Under the pieces are notes generated by a model. That model did not search any database. It had not been told where the DNA came from and worked only from the letters and a program-made list of their open reading frames with translations. A stretch of 64,000 bases of DNA. It comes from Candidatus Multivoradales bacterium. GTDB taxonomy: Bacteria; Acidobacteriota; Thermoanaerobaculia; Multivoradales; J023. Shown one piece after another: positions 57,507 to 64,000 of the stretch; position 1 is the stretch's first letter; every line of letters begins with the position of its first letter. The DNA lies in the NCBI GenBank assembly GCA_965248925.1, contig CBDFLE010000006.1, forward strand, positions 2,432,001 through 2,496,000, written 5' to 3'. A program made the position numbers and the translations under genes.

Positions 57507-57760
57507 TGCTACCTCCTTCGGGCACGCTCTCATCACCCTTCAAACCAGACCAAACGTGCCTTGCGTGGTGTTGGACTCTCGACAAATTGCGCGGAGGATT
57601 TGACTAAAACTCCCCGTGGCTGAGCGTGAACCCATCCGCACCTCAAATCTGGTACCGACCTTCGGTACCACGGCGACAGGCCGCCGCTTGAATCGCTAGG
57701 ATCTGTCAGCTCTTGGCTGAACATTCACCATTGTAGCGCGATTTCAGCCGCTGGCCGCCG

Positions 57761-60052
57761 CTACTCCTCTTCCATGGCACGCGGGGCATCGGCCCGCTCC
57801 TGCGCATCGACCACACAGATCGCCGCCATGTTGACGATGTCGGTGACTTCGACCCCGCGCTGCAGCACATGCACCGGCTTGTCCATACCGAGCAAAATCG
57901 GCCCGATGGCCTCGACATCGGCCAGCCGCCAGAGCAGCTTGTAGGCGATGTTCGCCGACTGTAGCTCGGGGAAGATCAACACGTTGGCAGGCTCTTTCAA
58001 TCGACTCCAAGGGTAGTTTTCATCGAGAATCGAGCCCAACACCGCCGTGTCTGCCTGCATTTCGCCGTCGATCGTCAGCTGGGGATCACGCGCCGAGGCC
58101 AGCTCTACAGCCCGGCGCACCCGGGCCGCGGCGGGATGGGCGTTGGAGCCGAAATTCGAGAACGACAGCATGGCAACCCGCGGCTCAATGCCGAATCGCC
58201 GGGCGAAGCGGGCGGTCAACAGGGCGATTTCGGCCAGCTCCTCGGCCGTCGGCTCGATGTTGACCGTGGTGTCGGCGAGAAAGAGCAGACGCTCGCGGAA
58301 AACCAGAATGTAAGCACCGGAAACCCGCTCCACTCCTGGCTCGGTGCCGATCACCTGCAACGCTGGCCGGATGGTCTGGTTGTAGTACTGGGTCAAGCCT
58401 GAGATCAGACCGTCAGCATCGCCCTGCTCGACCATCATCGAGCCGAAGAAGTTGCGCGACAGCATCTCCTGGTGGGCATCTTCCTGGGTGACCCCACGGC
58501 GGCGGCGAGCGCGAAAGTACGCTGCGGCATAGCGCTCGTGCATGTCGCCCGGCGGGTCAGCAACATGGATCACCGTTAGCTTTTCGATCGGCAGGTCGAG
58601 TTGCTCCAGGATGGGCTCGATTTTCTCGCGCCGCGCCAGCAACACTGGATGGGCGATACCGCGGTCGACCAAAATCTTCGCCGCGCGCAGGATCTTGTCG
58701 TGTTCGCCCTCGGGAAACACCACCCGCTTGGGATCGCGACGCGCCTGGTCGATGACTCCATGCATCAATTCCAGACGGCGTGAGATCAACCGCTCCAAGC
58801 GCCGCCGATAGTCGCGGAAGTCGGTAATCGGCAGCTGCGCCACCCCACTGTCCATGGCCGCCTTGGCCACCGCAGGTGCCACCCGCAGCAGCACCCGATG
58901 GTCGAAGGGTTTGGGGATCAGGTACTCTGTGCCGAAGGATAGGCTGGCCAAATCGTAGGCTTTGAGCACCGCGTCCGGCACATCTTCGCGCGCCAGCCCG
59001 GCCAGAGCGTGCACGGCGGCCATTTTCATCTCCTCGTTGATGTCGGTGGCACGGACGTCTAGGGCTCCACGAAAAATGAACGGAAAACCGAGCACATTGT
59101 TGACCTGATTGGGAAAGTCGCTACGCCCGGTGGCCACGATGACGTCGGGCCGCGCCGCCTTCGCCGCCTCGTAGCCGATCTCTGGATCCGGATTGGCCAT
59201 GGCAAAGACGATCGGCTTCTGCGCCATCGGCAGCAGCATCTCGGGCTTGACCACTCCACCGATCGACAAACCGATGAAAACATCGGCACCCACCAATGCT
59301 GCCGCCAGGGAACGGGCCTCGGTCTCCGCAGCGTATTTTGCTTTTAGTGGATTCATACCGGCCTCGCGACCGACGTAGACCGGCCCCTTGCTGTCGCAGA
59401 GCACGATATTGCTCTGCTCGACCCCCAGCTGTACGTAGAGCTTCATGCAGGCGATCGCCGCCGCGCCAGCGCCGGAGATCACCAGCCGTACCGCTTGCGG
59501 CTGCTTGCCGGCAATCTCCAAGGCGTTGACCAGCGCCGCCGCTGAGATGATCGCCGTGCCATGCTGATCGTCGTGAAAAACTGGGATCGACAACTCTTCC
59601 TTGAGCCGCGCCTCGACCTCGAAGCACTCTGGCGAACGAATGTCTTCAAGGTTGATGCCGCCAAAGGTAGGTTCGAGCAACTTGACCGTGCGCACCAACT
59701 CATCCACGTCCTCAGTGGCGACCTCGAGGTCGAAGACATCGATGTCGGCAAAGCGTTTGAACAGCACCGCCTTGCCTTCCATCACCGGCTTGCCGGCCAA
59801 AGCACCGATATTGCCCAGGCCGAGCACCGCGGTACCGTTCGAGATCACCGCCACCAAGTTGCCCTTGGCGGTGTAGTCGTAAGCCAGCAGCGGATCGTGA
59901 TGGATTTCGCGGCAGGGCGCGGCCACCCCGGGAGTGTAGGCTAGCGACAGATCGTCCTGGGTCAAGGTAGGCTTGGTCGGTACGACCTGTATCTTTCCCC
60001 GGCGCTCGCGCGAGTGGTATAGCAGCGCTTCATGATCGTAGTTTTTCGTCAT
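57761..60052 (-). CDS. maeB: NADP-dependent malic enzyme with PTA-like domain
   Basis: [43 protein letters not shown]; PTA domain SFSNFGS, DGEMQAD, NIAYKL. Confidence 0.96.
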   Translation of the reverse strand: MTKNYDHEALLYHSRERRGKIQVVPTKPTLTQDDLSLAYTPGVAAPCREIHHDPLLAYDYTAKGNLVAVISNGTAVLGLGNIGALAGKPVMEGKAVLFKRFADIDVFDLEVATEDVDELVRTVKLLEPTFGGINLEDIRSPECFEVEARLKEELSIPVFHDDQHGTAIISAAALVNALEIAGKQPQAVRLVISGAGAAAIACMKLYVQLGVEQSNIVLCDSKGPVYVGREAGMNPLKAKYAAETEARSLAAALVGADVFIGLSIGGVVKPEMLLPMAQKPIVFAMANPDPEIGYEAAKAARPDVIVATGRSDFPNQVNNVLGFPFIFRGALDVRATDINEEMKMAAVHALAGLAREDVPDAVLKAYDLASLSFGTEYLIPKPFDHRVLLRVAPAVAKAAMDSGVAQLPITDFRDYRRRLERLISRRLELMHGVIDQARRDPKRVVFPEGEHDKILRAAKILVDRGIAHPVLLARREKIEPILEQLDLPIEKLTVIHVADPPGDMHERYAAAYFRARRRRGVTQEDAHQEMLSRNFFGSMMVEQGDADGLISGLTQYYNQTIRPALQVIGTEPGVERVSGAYILVFRERLLFLADTTVNIEPTAEELAEIALLTARFARRFGIEPRVAMLSFSNFGSNAHPAAARVRRAVELASARDPQLTIDGEMQADTAVLGSILDENYPWSRLKEPANVLIFPELQSANIAYKLLWRLADVEAIGPILLGMDKPVHVLQRGVEVTDIVNMAAICVVDAQERADAPRAMEEE

Positions 60053-60077
60053 CGTCGAGACAGTCTATATTGAGCCT

Positions 60078-60875
60078 ATGATCGTAGTCGCCCAGAATGG
60101 CATGTTGCGGGTCATCACCCAGAATGACCACGCCCACCTGGCGGCCGAGATGCTGACCTTGTGGCGTGCCGACCAGCTACCCGCGAACCCACGTCGGCGT
60201 GACCTGCTTCTTGCTGCCCGCGAGCATGACAACGGTTGGCGAGAAACCGACGCCGCTCCCCGCTTCGACGCTGCCACCGGGCGACCCCACGATTTCATCT
60301 CCCTACCCCAGGCCGAACGTCGAGAACTCTGGCAACGCGGCACCGAGCGCTTTGTCGACGCTGAGCCCTACGCCTCTCTCCTGATCCTGCAACATGCCCG
60401 CAACCTGCACCACAGTCTGAGTGAGCAGCAGGGCTGGCGGCCGCTCTTCGCCCGTTGGCAAGAGCTCGAAATCCAGTTGCTCGACCGCACCGGGGCCAGC
60501 CGGGAACGACTGGCCGGGGACTATCGCTGGATTGAACTCAGCGACCTCTTCTCGCTGTCACTGTGCAGATCTCGGTGCAGTTCACTGTGCGGATCACGAC
60601 GCGGATCACGACGCGGATCACGATCAGAATCGGCAGCCGCGGAACCGGGCCACCGCATCACCGAGCCACTCGCTGGCCACGGCTACCGCGGCCACCTACT
60701 AGGCAACACTCTGCACCTCGATCCTCTACCATTGGCCGGCGCCACCACCTTCAGTGTGCCCAGCCGGCTGATTGCTGATCGCCCATACCGCAGTAACATC
60801 GATGTGGCCATGGAACTGGCTACCGCCCGCTGGGGGCAAACCTCATTGCGGCTGGCTCCCTGCGACAGCGAGTAA
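60078..60875 (+). CDS. DUF3891 family protein
   Basis: ITQNDHAHLA..W..A.EHDNGWRETD..P.DF. Confidence 0.78.
   Translation: MIVVAQNGMLRVITQNDHAHLAAEMLTLWRADQLPANPRRRDLLLAAREHDNGWRETDAAPRFDAATGRPHDFISLPQAERRELWQRGTERFVDAEPYASLLILQHARNLHHSLSEQQGWRPLFARWQELEIQLLDRTGASRERLAGDYRWIELSDLFSLSLCRSRCSSLCGSRRGSRRGSRSESAAAEPGHRITEPLAGHGYRGHLLGNTLHLDPLPLAGATTFSVPSRLIADRPYRSNIDVAMELATARWGQTSLRLAPCDSE
60589..60623 (+). repeat. 12-bp in-frame tandem repeat x3
   Basis: GCGGATCACGAC GCGGATCACGAC GCGGATCACGA, encodes GSRR-GSRR-GSR. Confidence 0.85.
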
Positions 60876-60991
60876 TAGGAAAAAGCCGCACTCCCCAAGC
60901 CACTCACCGTGGCGTGCGGTAATACCGTAACGTGCGGTAAGATCGATGTGCCGCACCTTGCATACTCGCGGATCGAGGAACAACAGCAACC

Positions 60992-61921
60992 ATGAGCCAA
61001 GAAACAAACTGGACCCAGAGGCGTCGAAGACTGGTCCGCTGCAAGAAACATGACCTTCATTTCGACCCCGGCATGACTTCCGGCTGCGCTCTATGCCGCA
61101 AGGAAGAGCCCCTGGCCCATCATAAGGGGCCGCAGATCTTGGTCCTGCTACTGGCCTTACTAGGCGTAGCCGTCGCCGCCTACCAGATGTTCAAGCCTCG
61201 ACCAGGGGAGCCGGGCCCGGCAAGAGCACCGAGCATTGTCGCTTTGGAACGCGGTTCACAAGTTCTCGATCCAGAGAAGTACCGTGTCCCCCTGATGGAG
61301 TTCGAATCGGTTCTGTTCAGCGCCGACAGCGCGAACTTCGACCAACTAACCCTCCGCCTCGGCGATGCGGCCAACAGCCTGAGTAGCGCTCTGCATCGTC
61401 AAGGCAACCGCCACAGTGAGAGCGTGGCCGGGCAGATCGAGTCGCTGACCGCTGATTTTGACTCCACGCCCATGAATCTGACTCGTTTGCAATCCACCCG
61501 CCAACGCTGGCGTAGCTTGCGCCAGCGGCACTTCGACTATGCCCCTTGGCTGCACAACGCCAAGACTGCCCGCCGCGACAGCGAGCAAACCCAGCTTCTG
61601 GCTTTGCGCAATACCGCCGAACAGCTTCTAGATCTGGCTTGGGAAGGAAACTCTCAAGCCACCGATGGCGACAATTGGGCGACCTGGAGCAGCGATTGGC
61701 GGCAGCGTATTGTTGACCTGCGCCAAGACATGCCCGATCGCCCTGGACCTAGTTCTGCCGCCAGCACCCTGCTCGGCTTCCAGGAACTCAGCCGCAGCAT
61801 TGCTCAGCTTCTGGCTCTTGCCGAGGACCCGGAGCTACCGAGCCGCGGCGATTTCGAGGCCCGGTTTTCCTCGGTGACGACTTCAATCCAGTCTGCTCAG
61901 CGTTCGTTCGACGGCGCTTAG
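60992..61921 (+). CDS. membrane-anchored hypothetical protein with N-terminal CxxH..CxxC zinc-knuckle
   Basis: CKKHDL..GCALCRK, TM LVLLLALLGVAVAAY, helical C-terminal domain. Confidence 0.7.
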   Translation: MSQETNWTQRRRRLVRCKKHDLHFDPGMTSGCALCRKEEPLAHHKGPQILVLLLALLGVAVAAYQMFKPRPGEPGPARAPSIVALERGSQVLDPEKYRVPLMEFESVLFSADSANFDQLTLRLGDAANSLSSALHRQGNRHSESVAGQIESLTADFDSTPMNLTRLQSTRQRWRSLRQRHFDYAPWLHNAKTARRDSEQTQLLALRNTAEQLLDLAWEGNSQATDGDNWATWSSDWRQRIVDLRQDMPDRPGPSSAASTLLGFQELSRSIAQLLALAEDPELPSRGDFEARFSSVTTSIQSAQRSFDGA

Positions 61922-61985
61922 GCGCCCTAGTTATTCTTCTCGAAGATTACCCCAACGCCTGACTGGCCTGCTCCGCGGCTGCTAG

Positions 61986-62948
61986 CTAGCGGCTCTCCAG
62001 CTGCAACTCGACTTCGAGGTTGCCTTCCTCGGCAATCGTCACCAGCTGGCGCTGGGTGGCGTAGCCTGGCCGCACGACTTCGAGACGGTGCTCGCCCGGC
62101 TCTACCACCAAACCCGCGCTGAGCCCGGCCAACTCATCGGCGATACCGAGAAAATGACCGTCGAGATAGATCGCGGCATCCGCCGGCCGAATATCGAGCA
62201 ACAAGCGGCCGACCGGGCGGGCGGCTCCGCGCCGCGGCTCCGCCGTTGCCTGGCGCTGGCGCTCGCGACGCTCGCGGCGCTCACGATTGACGGTCGATTT
62301 CGACACCAGATCTTCGGGCCGCACCGACTCTCCGGCCTCCATTCGATCCTCGATATCGATCACCACGCCGGGATAGATCGTCATCTGGCGTGCCAGGGTC
62401 TTGTAACCCTCTTTGTAGATCACCAGGTCATACGTGCCCTTGGGCAACCACAGAAACTCGGGAAAACCATCGAAGTTGTCGGCAATTCCAAGGCGATTGC
62501 CGTCGAGATAGACTTCGGCTTTCTCCGGCCGCACGTCAAGATCCAAGGCGCCTTTTCCCTCACCGCTGGCATAGCGACCTCGGCCAAGAACGTAGGGACC
62601 GTAGCCATAGCCGCTGGAGTACGGCGAGTAGTGGTAGTAGCTGCTGTGGTGCGGACCGTAGTAGGAGAAATAGGGATAGCCCACACCATAGTGGCGGTAG
62701 TGGCGGTAAGTTCGATAACCGCGGTAGTTCCGGCTGCTGTGGTGAGACCTGTAGTGGGAACGGGTGCCATGCTGAGCCCGCGCGGTGCCTCGCTCAACCG
62801 AGGTTCGAGTGCGTGCCGCCTGGCGACTGCCCGCGGCGGCCAAAGCCGTACCCGCCAGCGAGCCGGCGAGCAGGAACATCGCCGCCAGCGGCCCCAGAAA
62901 TCTTGGTTGGCGCCGGCGGCGCTTCGTTGCAGTGCCCATCGTCGTCAT
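61986..62948 (-). CDS. secreted PEGA-domain protein with Tyr/His/Gly/Arg-rich N-region
   Basis: two PEGA-like domains (LDLDVRPEKAEVYLDG..GY; LLLDIRPADAAIYLDG..PGY). Confidence 0.82.
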   Translation of the reverse strand: MTTMGTATKRRRRQPRFLGPLAAMFLLAGSLAGTALAAAGSRQAARTRTSVERGTARAQHGTRSHYRSHHSSRNYRGYRTYRHYRHYGVGYPYFSYYGPHHSSYYHYSPYSSGYGYGPYVLGRGRYASGEGKGALDLDVRPEKAEVYLDGNRLGIADNFDGFPEFLWLPKGTYDLVIYKEGYKTLARQMTIYPGVVIDIEDRMEAGESVRPEDLVSKSTVNRERRERRERQRQATAEPRRGAARPVGRLLLDIRPADAAIYLDGHFLGIADELAGLSAGLVVEPGEHRLEVVRPGYATQRQLVTIAEEGNLEVELQLESR

Positions 62949-62951
62949 CGG

Positions 62952-63887
62952 TCAATCTCCTTCGACCAGCCTTTCCCGTTCCGGCCAAGCCCGGTGGAGG
63001 CCGCTCAAGTAGTGGTAGCGAAGCACCTCCTGCCACAAGCTAGGGGTGTGAAGAGGCATGCGTTGCAAGGCGCGCGCCAAACCCTCGAGCAGGCCCTGGC
63101 GGTGGGCGGACGGAAACGGCGGCGGGCCCTCGGGGCCCAGTCCTAGAAATGGCCCCAGCTCGGGATGCAAACGGTGAAAAACCACCGCCGAGTAGCCCGC
63201 CTTCTCCTGTCGGCCGGTGAAGCGCTCAAGGTCCGTCGGATGATCGTGGAACACCTCCGCGGCTGGCTCGTATATCAACCTCAAGCCTCTCTTCTGCAAG
63301 CGATAGCTGAGTTCGATGTCCTCCCAAGCGGCATACGGAAAGCGCAAATCGAAGGGCTCTTGTAACAAAAGCTGCCGTTCCAACGACAAGTTAGAAGTGT
63401 AGAAGAAGTTGAACGGCACATTTTCACGGTCGTCGATCAGAGCATAGCCGAATTGCAGACCATACTCATTGATGTAGCGCAGGAAGGGATTGAGGTGCAT
63501 GCGCGAATGCCAAGCGGTATAGCCGATCACCGCCAGATCTTCCCCCGGCCGTTGGAGATGGGCCTGATGGTGGGCGGCAAGCCATCCAGCGGACGGGACG
63601 GTATCGTCCCCGAGAAAGGCCACCCAGCGCCCCTGAGCTGCTTCTACGCCGCGGTTGCGAGCCGCTGCAGGTCCACCGTTGGGCTGCGACAAGATCCGGG
63701 CAGGCATCTGCCACGAACGCTCGGCAAGCCATTCTCCGGTGCCGTCCCGAGAGCCGTCATCAACCACCACAATCTCAAAGGGGGGCGCCTTTTGCTGCTG
63801 CTCGATCGCCAGCAGAACCTCGGCCAGCACTTCCAAGCGGTCGAAGGTCGGCACGACGACCGAGAACAGTGGCTGTTGCTTCGGCAC
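62952..63887 (-). CDS. GT2 family glycosyltransferase
   Basis: SVVVPTF, VVDDGSRDGT, GPAAARN, FLGDD, WEDIEL.YRL. Confidence 0.92.
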   Translation of the reverse strand: MPKQQPLFSVVVPTFDRLEVLAEVLLAIEQQQKAPPFEIVVVDDGSRDGTGEWLAERSWQMPARILSQPNGGPAAARNRGVEAAQGRWVAFLGDDTVPSAGWLAAHHQAHLQRPGEDLAVIGYTAWHSRMHLNPFLRYINEYGLQFGYALIDDRENVPFNFFYTSNLSLERQLLLQEPFDLRFPYAAWEDIELSYRLQKRGLRLIYEPAAEVFHDHPTDLERFTGRQEKAGYSAVVFHRLHPELGPFLGLGPEGPPPFPSAHRQGLLEGLARALQRMPLHTPSLWQEVLRYHYLSGLHRAWPERERLVEGD

Positions 63888-64000
63888 CTATTTTTCTCCA
63901 GCTTCGAATAACCCGCGGCACATGCCGTATAGCATAGTGTGGAACACCAGATGATTTTCTCCAAGCCCGCTATGACTCCATTGTCGGCAAATCCAGAAGC

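Noticed and set aside
57540-57750. Hairpin GGTACCGA-cct-TCGGTACC in maeB-csgG intergenic region as ncRNA/riboswitch
   Set aside because: Single short stem; no recognisable family features.

Overview
GC-rich bacterial window, probably Acidobacteriota/Thermoanaerobaculia-like (inference from gene style). It has four zones. (1) 1-2.2 kb: start of an alternative complex III (act) operon behind a perfect Rex box. actA is fused in frame to the middle of actB by a large deletion, and actB also has a frameshift. (2) 2.25-32.7 kb: accessory island centred on a signal-peptide-bearing Rhs/YD polymorphic toxin (1672 aa, HExxH metallopeptidase tip, lipoprotein immunity). It is followed by six orphan Rhs-CT/immunity cassettes (2x M23 peptidase, a second HExxH peptidase, a JAB/MPN-like domain, two unknown tips), a truncated seventh and a decayed relic. 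The island is bracketed by AraC-TPR and XRE/TPR regulator genes sharing a 28-bp upstream motif, and two IS elements have hit it (an unclassified DDE element and an IS21). (3) 32.8-45.2 kb: ABC exporter, HD hydrolase, a candidate prenol-salvage/prenyltransferase operon (SDR + phytol-kinase/DUF92 fusion + homogentisate-PT-like UbiA), then a defence islet of three TA-like pairs and an OLD-family nuclease. (4) 45.2-64 kb: mostly housekeeping and envelope genes (GDP-sugar SDRs, rmlD, rmlA, lptD, thiolase, yqgF, mltG, pseudokinase-TonB fusion, CsgG-like, maeB, PEGA, GT2). No rRNA, tRNA or CRISPR array seen. All family calls are by motif recognition; no searches were run.
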